Numbered from the stretch's first letter, positions 1 through 11,367 are shown. The stretch: DNA of 56,833 nt from an uncultured virus (IMG/VR IMGVR_UViG_3300045125_000114) (IMGVR_UViG_3300045125_000114), one strand, 5' to 3'. The notes: generated by a model not told the origin, from the letters alone. A program made the numbers and translations.

Positions 1-996
1 CCCGTACAGGTCTTCGGCTTGTTGTCGAACGGGTACCAGTCAGACCCCAACGAGCGCCCGTTGGCGGCGACACAGAGCGGGACAGTTCACGAACCTTGAC
101 CGAACGCTCGGCCTTGTAGTTCTTGCACTTGTGCGCCCTCATCGAACACTACAACAACGCCGTTGGCTTCCGGGTGAGACGTGACCAGCTTCTCACGCCA
201 AACCTTCAGGTCGGCCCAAGCCATCTTGGGCTTCTTGCCCTTGACCTTCTTGGTGGCACCACCGGCCAGTTGAACGACGTTCACCGGGGCCGGGTTCGGG
301 ACCAGCCAATCGGGGAGAATGTCGTAGTTGGTGATAACCAACTCACCCGGCCTTCGGCATACGGAAGCTCGCCACGCCCTTCGAGGACGGTCACGGTCAT
401 GTCGGAACGCCACTTGGCGGCTTCCGCACGCCAGTTGTACTTCAGACCGGCCGGAGCGACGATCAGCCCCTTGCCGTTTTCGGCAAAGAAACCAACGTCT
501 GCACGGTCTTACCCAAACCCATGTCGTCGCCCAGAGCGCGTCTTACGCTTCGAGCCAGTTGACGCCATCGACTTGGAAATCGTACAGACCGGCGGCGAGA
601 GCAGCGGTGGCCGATTCCGTCATTACAACTTCGAGCAGTTGCGGGGCAACTTCCAGCTTGAGCCGTTCGGCCACGTCCAAAAGGCGGCTGCGGTCGGCCT
701 GTTCGGTCGAAATCCGCCGGCCCTTCGAGTCGGAATCGAACTTCGGCCACGGCGAGCCGCCCGGACGCGAGGGTCTTAATGAGGCAACGCTGTCGGCTTC
801 GTAGCCCGGCAGGAGGATGAGACCGTCAGCAGTCAGGGACACGCCGGGCGGTGGTCCCGGTGGCCTTTGAGCGGGAACGCATTCCAGCACCACGTCTGCC
901 ACTTGTTGTTGACTTTCGTGATGTAACCCGCACCGACGGCCACGACTTCTGCAGGCCGGGTTGGTGCAGGTGCCGCTGTACTTATTGGGAGAACAT
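1..996 (-). CDS. SNF2-family (SF2) helicase/ATPase; runs off the window, frameshifted
   Basis: Joined frames give LYDFQVDGVNWL, Walker A LGDDMGLGKTVQTL, LIVAPAGLKYNW, LVITNYDIL and VVFDE(A)HKCKN, the SNF2_N motifs in order. Confidence 0.85.
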
Positions 997-1027
997 TGCT
1001 GCCTCTGGTGAGTTTGCCTTACCTGTA

Positions 1028-1064
1028 GACCAGACGGGTCGGGCAAACGCCGGTGCAACATCTT
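1028..1064 (-). promoter_or_regulatory. Bipartite repeat motif, copy 1 (candidate alternative-sigma promoter)
   Basis: Minus strand AAGATGTTGCACC-ggcgtttgcccgac-CCGTCTGGTC, about 30 nt upstream of the SNF2 start. Confidence 0.7.
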
Positions 1065-1080
1065 GTCGGATTTTCCAAAC

Positions 1081-1549
1081 TCAATCCCACCAAACTCGTA
1101 CAAGAACCGGAATGTTTTCCGGGTCGGGCTGTTTGCCAAAGCGTTTCGCCAACGGAGCCGGAAATCATCACCCCCGGCTCTTTCACCCAAAGCCCCCACC
1201 GATTTCGGTGTTGACTTCGTTGGCGTCCTGATAAGGCGCGCTCCCCAAACTTCGTCGTCGGCGGCTGTCATGCCTAATTCATCGACTTCGAGTTTCGGGT
1301 CTTGCGAAGCTTTTGCAGTTCCGGCCAATTCTTCTTGTCGGTGAGGATCAGCAGGGTATCGGCATTGATGCAATCTTTCAGGTCACGAAGTTCAATAAGG
1401 TTTCCGCCGTAACGACAGAAACGGCCGAACATGAACGTGTCCCACAGATTCTCGTTCTTCTCCATCAAATCGGCTACGGTGTCTCCGTCCATGCTGTTGA
1501 AACTACCGAGACGTAGGCGTTCGAGTTGAATTTTCTGGTAAGGACTCAT
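1081..1549 (-). CDS. Hypothetical protein, paralog A (frameshifted)
   Basis: MSPYQKIQLERLRLGSF...LIELRDLKDCINADTLLILTDKKNWPEL...VLVRVWWD*; similar to 1942-2342. Confidence 0.65.
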
Positions 1550-1912
1550 GACTACTCCAGTGCGGAATCGACATCAAAATCAAAACTGTTGCCAAATTTG
1601 GCTTGTTTCTTTTTTGAACCGTTACCATGCGGCGGATGGGAGCGACAGCGAGTTTAAGCTGTTGATCGGTGATGGTGCGGTGCGTGTTGTATTGCATGTT
1701 CCCGACAGTGAAAGCAGTTCAAATAACTTCTGACAGGAACGTTGCGGCGGGGACCAGTATGCCCACCCGTCAGATTGCTGGTTTACGGCCCGAACAAGGT
1801 ACAGTCAATAACCTGACGGCCTTGCGGACGTTGGGGCAGTCGTGACGGCTTCGAGCCATCATTTCGATTTCAGTGGCATTGTAAAACATAGCGATTTCCT
1901 AGTAGACAAGGA

Positions 1913-1941
1913 ACACTACCACGTTTCGGGCCGGTTGTAAA
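1913..1941 (-). promoter_or_regulatory. Sigma70-like promoter
   Basis: TTTACA-N17-TAGTGT on the minus strand, intergenic. Confidence 0.55.
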
Positions 1942-2342
1942 TCAACCCCACCAAACACGAACGAGAACGAGGTCGGGGGAACGGGCTGAAAGCCCATTGC
2001 CTCTCAACCTCTTTGCCGCTGAAATATGGCGGGGTGCCCCAAATTTTACTGTCGCCTGTAATGTAGCCGACTTCCGAAGAGTCCCACTTGTCGATTATTT
2101 CGGACAGTTTGGGCCATCGTTCTTTGTCGGTAATTACAAGTAACTCGTCTGCGTTTACACGGCCGTCGGCAAGTCACGCAACTCTATCAGTTCGCCCGCA
2201 CTGCGTAACGAGCGGCACGCCAAAATATGAAACAGTCCCAAAGCAGTTTGTTTTGCTTTTAGTCCGTCTGCGACGTTTGCAAACCGCCAAGGGCGAGTCG
2301 GTCAAGTTGGAGTCGTTGGGCTTTAGTGATGCGGGTGGGCAT
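1942..2342 (-). CDS. Hypothetical protein, paralog B (frameshifted)
   Basis: Hand translation: MPTRITKAQRLQLDRLALGG...GELIELRDLP..VNADELLVITDKERWPKL...VLVRVWWG*. Confidence 0.6.
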
Positions 2343-2545
2343 GTTCAATCTGTCATGTGTTTGAAATATTCTTCTTCTGTAATTTCCACGACTTCGTCAA
2401 CGTCCCTGAACGAATACGTCCAAAAACATCCCCTGCCTGACTGCCAGATCGACAACCATTTCAGGGATGTATTTGTTGTTGGTTTTGAAGTAGGTGTCCG
2501 CTCCGGCATAATGCCGTGGGCGGGTGCTTATTCGCCAGTAGTGCA

Positions 2546-2794
2546 TCAGATCGACCAAGCCCGGTTTTGTTTAATTTGCGACTCAATGTCGGCCTTCAGA
2601 GTCATAGATTTCCATGACCCGTTGCATGTTCTGGCCTTCGTACCGCTCGTAAACCACCTGCAGACAGTTCGTCTGGGACGAACGTAAACAGGAAATTCAT
2701 CGTACTCGAAGGTGTCGCACACCACCAGCATGTGCGTACACCCTCGGCCGATTCCTTCTTCGATCCACTCGCTGATACGTTCTTTAGTCGTCAT
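2546..2794 (-). CDS. Small hypothetical phage protein
   Basis: MTTKERISEWIEEGIGRGCTHMLVVCDTFEYDEFPVYV; sits in a tightly packed minus-strand array. Confidence 0.55.
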   Translation of the reverse strand: MTTKERISEWIEEGIGRGCTHMLVVCDTFEYDEFPVYVRPRRTVCRWFTSGTKARTCNGSWKSMTLKADIESQIKQNRAWSI

Positions 2795-3127
2795 CTTCCA
2801 CCAAGCCCTTGTTTTCTTCTCCGTAAAGCCCGCCGTCGAATTCCTCTTGGTCGTCAGCAGGTTCTAACATCTCGTACTTCTGCGCACTTCCGGGTCATCG
2901 GTAACGAACTCGGCGTAGTCGTCTTCCACGGGAACGTCGAGTCGCACACCATCGGCTTCCATTTGCCTCAGTTTTTTGCTTCAAATTCCAGTTGTTCGGC
3001 CATCTCGGAAGGGTCGTGGCCCCGTCAGCAAGCCACTTACGAAAGCGGTGAAGTGCGTAGAAAGGCATTGCTTCTCCAGTTTGGGAAGGGCAACACCAAT
3101 AGTACCACGAATTGGTCGGTTTGTAAA

Positions 3128-3463
3128 TCAACCCGGCCAAGGTGGACAGTTGTGGTCCCTTAGAGACTCGACTTTGGCCTTCAGGTCGGACAAGCAAAAC
3201 CATGCCGTGATCCTCGGCTCCGGGCGGGCCGAAACAGCAATAGCAGCGGACGTGAACTTTGTCATCTTCCGTAGGGTGCAATTCGAGCATTCCCCGGCCG
3301 GGCGTTTGCGCTGAACAGCAGTTACCGCAGGGTGCTTGTTCCATTCGGAATGACCTATGGCACGACTCATCGCACGGAAGCTGTACCATGCGTCGTCAAT
3401 GGTGTGTACGTCGTACTCTTCCTTCAGATCAGCCAATGCGTTAACGATGTCTTCAATAGTCAT
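3128..3463 (-). CDS. Hypothetical protein
   Basis: 111-aa ORF starting just after the macrodomain stop; C-terminus probably frameshifted. Confidence 0.45.
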   Translation of the reverse strand: MTIEDIVNALADLKEEYDVHTIDDAWYSFRAMSRAIGHSEWNKHPAVTAVQRKRPAGECSNCTLRKMTKFTSAAIAVSARPEPRITAWFCLSDLKAKVESLRDHNCPPWPG

Positions 3464-3470
3464 TGATGCC

Positions 3471-3937
3471 TCACGGTTCGTAAACTACAACTCGGATGTC
3501 CGACCAATGGAGGTCGTGTACTCGTTGAATTTCGGCCCTAACTTGATACCAGTTCAATCCGCCTAACCCGCATCCCAACGGTGGAATGGCGATGGAAGTG
3601 ATTCCCTTTCCTTAATTTCTTCCACCAGATTTTGCAGCCCGCAAATGATCCAGTCCATTTGCGACGGCTGCTTCCAGTGAGTCTTTGGTCGGAAAATTGA
3701 CAACGTATACCGGGCGGGCCTTGTCGTCTCTGCGAGATTCGGGGTTCTTCCATATGTGCATCTGACCGGTTTTACTTCTCTCTTCCTACAAGCGTTCTTG
3801 TAGGCGTTGAACATATGGGGGAACTTGTTCTTGAACAACAGAGCCAAGCCCTTGCCCATCTTGCCGTAGCAGTTGACGGTGTTGACAAGGGCTTGGCAGT
3901 CCGATTCCAGTATGTCGCCTTTGACGAACTCAATCAT
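3471..3937 (-). CDS. Macrodomain ADP-ribosyl hydrolase, DarG-like (frameshifted)
   Basis: MIEFVKGDILESDCQALVNTVNCYGKMGKGLALLFKNKFP...NFPTK(D)HWKQPSQMDWI..GL...SIAIPPLGCGLGGLNW, the DarG-type macro signature. Confidence 0.88.
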
Positions 3938-4239
3938 TACTCGTACCTTGAAGTGTCTTGATCCTTTTCCATCTTCAACTCTTTTTTGACAATTCTCTGA
4001 GTTGCGGCAAGGATGCGGCCGTGAAGCTCCCAATTTCGGTCTTGGCCGTTTAGCGGCGGAATGTACCACGGCTTGTGCAGAGCGGACATCACCATTTCCA
4101 CACGGGCCAGTTCTGCCGCCGACTGAATCAGTTCCTCGTGCCCATTGAAATCGGGATCGTCAGCAGCCGCCGACAAGTGACTCGTACACATTGTAGCAAA
4201 CGGCAAAATCAAAAGAAAATCTCCTTGTAAGCCATTTCA

Positions 4240-5231
4240 CTCATGAAGTCCCTGTCTTCGGCCATCAACTTGCTGATTTCAGTGAAGTCGCCTTTAGCCT
4301 CAAGAGAGCACGCTTGCGTTGATTGTCGTAAATTTTCTGGATGCGCTCACGGAAGTCTTCGACTGTGTTGGGTGCGTCCTTTCGCCAGCTTTTTGTATTT
4401 GACAGAACAATACTCGTCCCACGTCTTCACGAACCATTACCGACAACACGGGCAATTGACGGCCACAGGTTGCGGAATCAGGACGGTGACGATGAATCTC
4501 AGGGTGTTCCGAGAACATCGTTTTGAGTAAATTCAAATTTGCGGTAAGGGCCGGGTTCTCAAAGCCCCCTTCGGGACCACAATCATGGCCGGTTCGTAAT
4601 CGTCCCGGTCGGCGAATTTGTTGATGATTTTGCAGTCGTAATGTTCCTTCAGGACCGCTTCGGCCTTTTGAAGTTTCTTCTTGGCACCAGAATAAGCTTC
4701 GTAATGAACACAGACTACGCCGTGGGTGATCGGTTGGGCGTTGTAGCAGTTCTCGCCGCTTTTGCTTTCAATCTGAAGCGGCATCTTTGCCTGCTTCAAA
4801 AGTGCATGAACACGTTCCCAAGTCGGGACGTTTTCTGGCACTTCACCCTTGGGACGGTGGTAGTCGTCCTGAACCAACAACCGCCCTTCCCAAGCCGCTG
4901 CGAGGTAGTGGTTGATTCCTTTGCCTTTGATTACGGGCGGGGCGTGATACCGGTTGTGGCCGAACGGTCGCTCGACAACATCGGTGTCGAACACGTCGGC
5001 AATTAGTTTGGTAAGCGGACTCTCTTTGAACTTGGCGTTGCCGTAATCGTCGTACTTCCCGTTGAAGGGCGGGGTGCGACAGAACCAGTTGTCGTAGTGA
5101 TAAACACCACGCTGGGCCTCGTGCTGATCGCTGACGACGTAAGGGTTCTGCGTGAGAAACAGAACCTTTACGGGCACGCCATAAGTAATGTGCAAATTAC
5201 TGAGGGCGCACGTTTCGTTAAAACTACCCAT
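4240..5231 (-). CDS. Hypothetical phage protein
   Basis: 232-aa ORF MGSFNETCALSNLHITYG...; probably continues through a frameshift to about 4240. Confidence 0.55.
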
Positions 5232-5628
5232 TAGTCTGTACCATGATGTCGGTTTCGTCGGTCAGAGTTTTGTTGCTTAAAAACAGTTGTTTCAAAGACA
5301 CAACAAAATCCGCACCGTGCAACCGCTGTTGAAGAATCCAGTCGTAATCGCCACGAGCGGTGGCGGCTTTCCACTCTACGTTAAACTTGCCGTCGCTGGC
5401 TATAGCGTAGCCGTTATACTTGTTGATCCAGTGCGAGAACTCGTCCCTGTAATCAACAAACGGCGAAGACCAGTATTGGGAAATTACTTGGTCGCAGAAA
5501 TCAGAAATGTCGTCCGAAAAGGGCCAGTTGTAGAAACACACTCCGTAGCCGGAATCAAGGTTCCCGACCGGCAAACCGTAAAGAACGTCGGTTTCCTTGC
5601 CGGTAAACGGAGTGTTGCTGAAGCCCAC
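5224..5628 (-). CDS. Hypothetical protein
   Basis: 134-aa ORF overlapping the start of the next gene. Confidence 0.5.
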   Translation of the reverse strand: MGFSNTPFTGKETDVLYGLPVGNLDSGYGVCFYNWPFSDDISDFCDQVISQYWSSPFVDYRDEFSHWINKYNGYAIASDGKFNVEWKAATARGDYDWILQQRLHGADFVVSLKQLFLSNKTLTDETDIMVQTNG

Positions 5629-5815
5629 GCAGAGACGGTTCTAGTAATACTGTAGATCGGGCAATGTCGATCTTGGACGGACATTGCCGTAGTCGTCGGT
5701 CAGCGGGTTCCCGTTGCCGTCCAGATCAACGGGTTTGTAGTGACGGGTGTAATACAGAACGAAAACAGAGTGCGGGAAACCACTCGTTCTCTGGTGATTG
5801 TCTCAGTGTTTCCGA

Positions 5816-6372
5816 TCACGCCACATGATGGTTCGTACCTGCGGCTTGATCGGAACAATGATTTTCCGTGGTGAGCCTCGTGACTGCGGAAACCACCCAT
5901 GATTCATCCCTGAGTTCCTGACGGATTTTCATCCACAACATGCCGAGCATGTTTTGGCCGAACCAAGTCCCGTCGTCACGTCGGGCAGCGCCCCAAAAAG
6001 CCGCACGCTCTTTTCCGCTGCGTGCGGTCACGTCTTCGACAATCGGCTCGTCGCCGGTTGCGATTAGTTGCTCTTTGAGCGAGGGGTGTTGCTCGATCTT
6101 GAGACGAAGGACAAACTCCATGTTATCGAGGTCTTGAGCAGACATCGGCTCGACAGTCATTTCGGAAGCGTGCGCCTTCGCCTTCATTTTGGCGCTCATG
6201 GGCGAACGCTCGGCCCGTATCTCTTCCTGAACCTTCTCGTTCTCGTGGAATCGCAAGGCTTGGAACAGGTGTTCGGCCGTCTTCCAAGTCTTTCCTTGGC
6301 AGAAAATGGGGAACGGAGCCATGTTCCCAACCACCCGAATGGGGCACGCACTTTTGTGAAAGCAATTGTCAT
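5816..6372 (-). CDS. NADAR (YbiA/DUF1768) family protein
   Basis: MTIAFTKVRAPFGWL(G)NM..FPI....WKTAEHLFQALRF...SPMSAK...KIEQHPSLKEQLIATGDEPIVED...FWG...GQNMLGMLWMKIR. Confidence 0.88.
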
Positions 6373-6377
6373 GGCCG

Positions 6378-6406
6378 ATTCTACCTCGAATTCGGTGGGT
6401 TGTAAA
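6378..6406 (-). promoter_or_regulatory. Sigma70-like promoter, probably leaderless, for NADAR
   Basis: TTTACA-N17-TAGAAT, then 5 nt and ATG. Confidence 0.6.
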
Positions 6407-6418
6407 GTACATACCCAC

Positions 6419-6810
6419 ATGCTAGGTTTCAAGAAATGGTTCAGTTCGCAACCTGCCGCTCCCATTCACTATGACGGTCCAGTTCGTTACGGGGACCGTG
6501 ATATTGTCGTGGTCATGGTAAATGGCAAAAGGCAATCTTTTTACCGATCAACCGGCCAAAACAGCGGCATGGCCGGTAAATGGTTGCCGCTTCGACGGAA
6601 TCGGATTTCACCCATCACAAGGTTTATGGTTCGTCAAAGATCGCTTCGTTAATGCCCAATTCAACAGGTACGGCAACCAAGAACTCATGAACGTGGGCAA
6701 AACGCTGGACGGGCAAAAATTCCCGTCGGGCCGTCAAATGTCCGACCCGATCCAAATAAACAAATGGATCGGGTCGGACGAATCTAACACCGCCAACACT
6801 ATACTGATTT
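6419..6810 (+). CDS. Hypothetical protein in opposite orientation (possible late/virion internal protein)
   Basis: MLGFKKWFSS...SFYRSTGQNSGMAGKWLP(F)DGIG...RYGNQEL from joined frames; preceded by GTACATA. Confidence 0.6.
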
Positions 6811-6864
6811 TCCGAAAAGAACACGGGGCGCAAAGAGCAAGCACCGTATCATCATCGGCGATTT

Positions 6865-7484
6865 CTATCTGCCGGAGGCGGAGCAGAATTCGTACAGAGC
6901 GTCAGCCAGAGCGTTGCGAGCGTCTTTACAGTTGAGGCGGTGCCCGTCGCCAACGCCCACCAGCTTGCCACGGTTGCTGGCACGAATCAGCACTTCACTG
7001 TCGTGATAATCCACAACAGAGTCTTCTGGGCTGTGGATAACAATCACGTTATCCTTTTTAGCTTCTTGACGTTGCCGAAACGCCGCCAAGCCGGTGCCAA
7101 AAGCACGAGGGAGTGTCGCCGGTGTCAATATTCATGGCGGCTGCTGCGCTCGGCTAGAGCCTACAACAACATCTGGCTTGAACTCATCGTAAGCGGCTTG
7201 AGCGGTCTTTGTCGCCTCAGAGAACCACCAGTTACTCAGTTGTGGGGCGTAAGAACGTCGAAACCCAAACCCTTGATGTGCCAAGACTTGATGCTGCCGT
7301 CAGAATACCACCCGTGAAGGAACAAAACCTTTCCGTGCGGTTCCCGAAAGGGAGTCAGCCCCATAAATCCAGCGGGCAGGAACTCGAAAGTTCCGTCTTC
7401 AAGCTCGATTGGAACCCAAAGACCAGTATCAAGATCGGAATTTTGGCCGGAAGGCCAATCATTGTTGTTGACGAAGATATTCAT
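6865..7484 (-). CDS. Alpha/beta hydrolase, YqiA/YcfP-like (frameshifted)
   Basis: KVLFLHGW...PDVVVGSSR...LLAPAW...VIVIHSPEDSVV...GDGHRL; nucleophile Ser, Asp and His in the expected order. Confidence 0.75.
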
Positions 7485-7517
7485 GATCGTAGAGTAGAGG
7501 TGGGCACAGAACACACA

Positions 7518-7554
7518 GACCAGACGGGAATTCGTCTGGCCGGTGCAAGAACTT
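7518..7554 (-). promoter_or_regulatory. Bipartite repeat motif, copy 2
   Basis: TCTTGCACC-ggccagacgaattc-CCGTCTGGTC upstream of the hydrolase. Confidence 0.65.
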
Positions 7555-7591
7555 CGAGAAATTGTACCACGATTTTTCGACTTTGTAAACT

Positions 7592-8308
7592 TCAATCTAG
7601 ACGGCGAATGCCAACGATGTCGAACTGTTTCGCCAAATCCCTGTCGTTCTTGTACTTGCCGTCCAAGAAGCCTTCCCGCTCAAAATAGACCTTCAGTACC
7701 GCACTGGCGTCACGTCCGGTGCCGGTCTGAATCAAGAACTTGTCGAACTTGTCACCGTTGCAAGTAATGTCACTTATGGCGTGTACAGAGTTGGTGGCAA
7801 TGTCCGGGCGCATGTTCTGATCCAACAGCTTGAATTGCACGGTGCCATCGTGAAGTTTTTCAACTTGTGCTTTGGCCCTTGCGTAAAGAGTCTCGGTGAT
7901 GTAGTACGGGCCGTGTCGCTCGACTATAGCGTTATTCGCTTTGGCCCAAGCCAAAGTGGTTGGAATATCCAAATTGATACCGGGTTCCGATAGGCCACGG
8001 GTTTTGTTCATGGACTTCGGCATCCAGCTAATTGTGACCGCTTCTTCGGCCTTGTCACTCCTGACTTTGGCGAAGACGGCAAAGTTGTGATTGTAACCGA
8101 TTATTCTGGTTGACTGTGCCGAGAAGAAAATTACGATGTGATCTTGCTTGCCAATTTGCGGCTGCGAAGTGGCGTCACCTTCCACTTTTCGTTCGTACAA
8201 AAACTTACAGTCTTCGTTCGCCTGACGAACAGGAATCTGTGTTTTTCTTTCCGAGCATCCAGCAATAAGGATCAGGCTCAACAAAAATATAACTATTGCA
8301 AACTTCAT
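7592..8308 (-). CDS. Putative lipoprotein
   Basis: MKFAIVIFLLSLILIAGC lipobox followed by an intact ORF. Confidence 0.65.
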   Translation of the reverse strand: MKFAIVIFLLSLILIAGCSERKTQIPVRQANEDCKFLYERKVEGDATSQPQIGKQDHIVIFFSAQSTRIIGYNHNFAVFAKVRSDKAEEAVTISWMPKSMNKTRGLSEPGINLDIPTTLAWAKANNAIVERHGPYYITETLYARAKAQVEKLHDGTVQFKLLDQNMRPDIATNSVHAISDITCNGDKFDKFLIQTGTGRDASAVLKVYFEREGFLDGKYKNDRDLAKQFDIVGIRRLD

Positions 8309-8339
8309 TTCACTCCCTTTGTTTGCAATATGTATACTT

Positions 8340-9044
8340 TCAACATTGTATCTTGTGATAGAAAATGTCCTTGACCATCTCAAGAAAATCATCCTCCCCG
8401 AAATTCTTTTTCATATAGTTGATTCTTGTTGTGTCCATTGGAGATTTGAATTTTCATGCGTACCACCGTTGGCAATAGCCACTCTATGATCCAGAGAAGC
8501 ATCTACTCCCAATATCAGTAGACGATTGGTGTAAACGCATCGTGAGTTTTGCTTGTCAAATAAATCGCCAATTTCTTGCCAGCGACGGGCATTTCCCAAA
8601 GTATCTCCAGCAATTTTTTCAATACGCAATTACGACATCTCTTCAAATCCGCATCGTTTTTCAAACCTCCACAAACCACACAATTACCTTTTTTATTCTA
8701 TTTTCTCTTAGTTGCTTTTGATATAAAGCATATTTTTCCCTACAAGCTTCACAGTAGGAATAACCTTGATCTACAGGCACATAACATCGCTTGCACTTGC
8801 CATCAGATTTTGATCGAGAATATCTTTGATTGGATTCTTTTTGAGCCAGTCTACATTTTCCGCATAATTTGAACGGCTGACCGTTGGGCTTCTTATCGGT
8901 ATGTTCGCACCCACACCGACACACCATAAATCCTTGTTTTGGTGTGGCCTTCCTAGAATCTCTACAACCTGGGCACCAAAGATACAAACCGCCCGACGGC
9001 TTAGGCCAATCACCTTCTGCTTTTCTACATTTGCTGCATATCAT
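8340..9044 (-). CDS. HNH homing endonuclease with multiple CxxC motifs (frameshifted)
   Basis: MICSKC...WCPGC...CRCGC...CGKC...; C-terminal CVYT...ASLDHRVAIANGGTHENSNLQW; more AT-rich than flanks; GGAGG SD. Confidence 0.8.
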
Positions 9045-9078
9045 ATAAAATACCTCCTTTATATGATATGCAGCAAAT
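9029..9078. repeat. Perfect 21-bp inverted repeat covering the HNH start codon
   Basis: atttgctgcatatcatataaa / tttatatgatatgcagcaaat; the 8-nt loop is GGAGGTAT on the minus strand. Confidence 0.9.
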
Positions 9079-9082
9079 ATCA

Positions 9083-9110
9083 AAAAGGAGGCCCAATTGG
9101 GCCTCCTTTT
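9083..9110. terminator. Intrinsic terminator, bidirectional type
   Basis: AAAAGGAGGCCC-AATT-GGGCCTCCTTTT immediately after the vWA gene. Confidence 0.8.
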
Positions 9111-9126
9111 CTTTGTCAGGTCACGA

Positions 9127-10162
9127 TTACGAGTTCCGTGGGACCGACATACTGACTGCTGTGGCTGAAAACGCCTGCGGGCCGTGATTGTTTTGCAAGT
9201 CGGCCCGTGCCTCTTCGGTCCAGCGAACACCTTGAGCCTTGCCGAAGACACTGTCACAGCGGACGTTGTCGGAATAGTTCGTCCACTTGGGCAACTTGCT
9301 CTGAACGACCGACATATCGACTGCCATAACAGGCAGAACGGGTTCGACCAAAGGAGCGTTCTCGTCACCGGCGGCGTCTGCTTCGGTGAAGTCGGCGAGT
9401 TTGGCCGGGGCGTCACTGGAGTAGCACGCCGTAGCCATTTGTCCGCTGGCCCGTGCCTTGAAGTATTTGTTCATCCGCTTCTTCTGATTCTCAAAACCGG
9501 CGGAAGTTGCTTCGGCACTGACGTTCGACCACACAGCGGCATTGGCTACAGAAACACCGGTTGAACGGCAGACAGCTTCGAGGTACTGTTTGGCTGCAAC
9601 CCATGTAAGTGATCGTCCAACGACCGGTGGCCTGAACGCCGGTCAGCAAGTCCTTCAAAACGTCTTCGGTTTGACCAGTTGCTTCATTAAACCGTGGAAC
9701 GTAATGAGAGTCGGCGTTGGTCTGGCCGTCGGAAATAACGTATACGAGGTACGCCGTATTCCCGTCGTCGGTATCGAGCAACTTTTGAACAGTATATCCC
9801 ATTGCATCACGCATGGCGGTGCTGCCGTTGGGGTTGAAATCTTCAACTTTTGCTTCCTTCAAATCACCGGCGGGGCGTCCCACTGATGCTCGAAGACTTC
9901 GCCGTTGAAAGTTACCAGCGAGCAGAGGATGTTTTGGCTGTGCGCCTCATTCCTTTGCTTGTTGAATCTGTTCGTTCAAACCGTCGATGGCCTGCTTCTT
10001 GGTGCCAGCCATACTCCCACTACGATCCAGAATAATCGCCATGCGGGTCTTGGGGCGGGCCGTAGGAACTGTAGGCACAACCGTGTTAAATGCTTTCGGT
10101 TGATCGGAAACAACCATCGAATCGTCAATGCTGCGGCGCTTTTCTTTCTTAGCCTTTGCCAT
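9127..10162 (-). CDS. von Willebrand factor A domain protein (frameshifted)
   Basis: MIDAS AIILDRSGSM, PNGSTAMRDAMG, VYVISDGQTN, WTITYMG. Confidence 0.85.
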
Positions 10163-10194
10163 TTTCGTTACCCCGTTGGATGTTATGTTTGTCG

Positions 10195-10233
10195 GAAAAA
10201 ATGCCGGAAGAAGCCACACGACCTCTTCCGGCA
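10195..10233 (-). terminator. Hairpin, possible terminator
   Basis: TGCCGGAAGA...TCTTCCGGCA stem followed by TTTTTT on the minus strand. Confidence 0.5.
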
Positions 10234-10240
10234 AATGCCT

Positions 10241-11260
10241 TTAGCTTCCGCTATAAGGCTTTACGTTGCTGGTGAAGGTTCCGCTGTTGCGGTGATTGGC
10301 CGGGCGGTTGACGTAGGTGTTGGGAAGGGCCGGGTCTTGCACCCAAACCACCTTCTTGGCACCGTCAAAAGGGCCACTGCCTTCGCTGCCCCCCAATGCG
10401 ATCTTCAAACGGGGCAAGTTGCCGGTCTTTTGGAGTTCGCCGAACTTGACGTGGGGCGTCCGGTAACGTGCGGCCAACTTCTTGAACGGATCGTTGCCCA
10501 TCACCATGTCGAGAACGTTGTGAGCCGTTTCGATGGTCACAACCAACTCGGTGTCCGCTGCCAGTCGGACAAGCTGGCGAACGTTCATGGGGACGCCTTC
10601 CCAACTACGGCCGGTCTGGTCACAGGTGCCGTCTGGACGAAGCGGCCGACCACGGTACAGCGGGTTTTCGTCGGCGAAATTCTCAGGCAATTCACCGATG
10701 CGGTAAACCTTAGTCGGGAAGCCGTTCACGTCAACGTCTTCACGGCCGGGATAGCCCTGTTTGATTTCCAACAGCAACTTGTGAGTCGCTTCCACGTCCA
10801 GCGTGCGACCGGAAACGTACACGATGAAAGGTTGCCCCTTCGAGATTTCCGACAAGCGAACCCCGACGGCGTTGGTGTAATCCTCGGCGTCGAAATTCTC
10901 AACCAACTCACGAACCGTCATCTTCTCAGCTTTCTTGCCGCTGATCGGACGCTTTTCGTCGGTCTTGGTCGGGTCTTCGGTGGCCTTGCTGCGGAAAACA
11001 GCAGCGACCGCTTTCGCCAAAATGCGAGGCTTGACCAGCTTGCCCCCGACGTTTACATCAGGGAGGACTTCAATGATGTCTTCGTGGGAGAGTTGGGCAA
11101 GACGTTCCTCGGACGTGCCACCAACCGCTTTGATTGCGGCGATGAAATCGTCGGGATTGACGTAGCCTTGAGTAGTCGGGTCGGGATTGGTTACGCCGAG
11201 AGCGGTGTTGTGTTCGGCGACGACTGCGAGCGCAGCCTGGATACGGGTTTCGTAGGACAT
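10241..11260 (-). CDS. Hypothetical protein, about 339 aa
   Basis: Long intact ORF MSYETRIQAALAVV... downstream of a sigma70-like promoter. Confidence 0.75.
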   Translation of the reverse strand: MSYETRIQAALAVVAEHNTALGVTNPDPTTQGYVNPDDFIAAIKAVGGTSEERLAQLSHEDIIEVLPDVNVGGKLVKPRILAKAVAAVFRSKATEDPTKTDEKRPISGKKAEKMTVRELVENFDAEDYTNAVGVRLSEISKGQPFIVYVSGRTLDVEATHKLLLEIKQGYPGREDVDVNGFPTKVYRIGELPENFADENPLYRGRPLRPDGTCDQTGRSWEGVPMNVRQLVRLAADTELVVTIETAHNVLDMVMGNDPFKKLAARYRTPHVKFGELQKTGNLPRLKIALGGSEGSGPFDGAKKVVWVQDPALPNTYVNRPANHRNSGTFTSNVKPYSGS

Positions 11261-11338
11261 TTTACACTTCCTTCTTGTTACTTCTAAACTTCGGTGGTTT
11301 TGGTCACGTTGACCGGGCACCGCCATGCCACTGAAACT

Positions 11339-11367
11339 ATAGTACGCCGCACTCGGCACTTTGTAAA
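11339..11367 (-). promoter_or_regulatory. Sigma70-like promoter
   Basis: TTTACA-N17-TACTAT with A-rich upstream sequence. Confidence 0.65.

Noticed and set aside
9905..11287. 460-aa plus-strand ORF and similar long antisense ORFs
   Set aside because: Shadow frames of well-supported minus-strand genes, with no motifs or translation signals.
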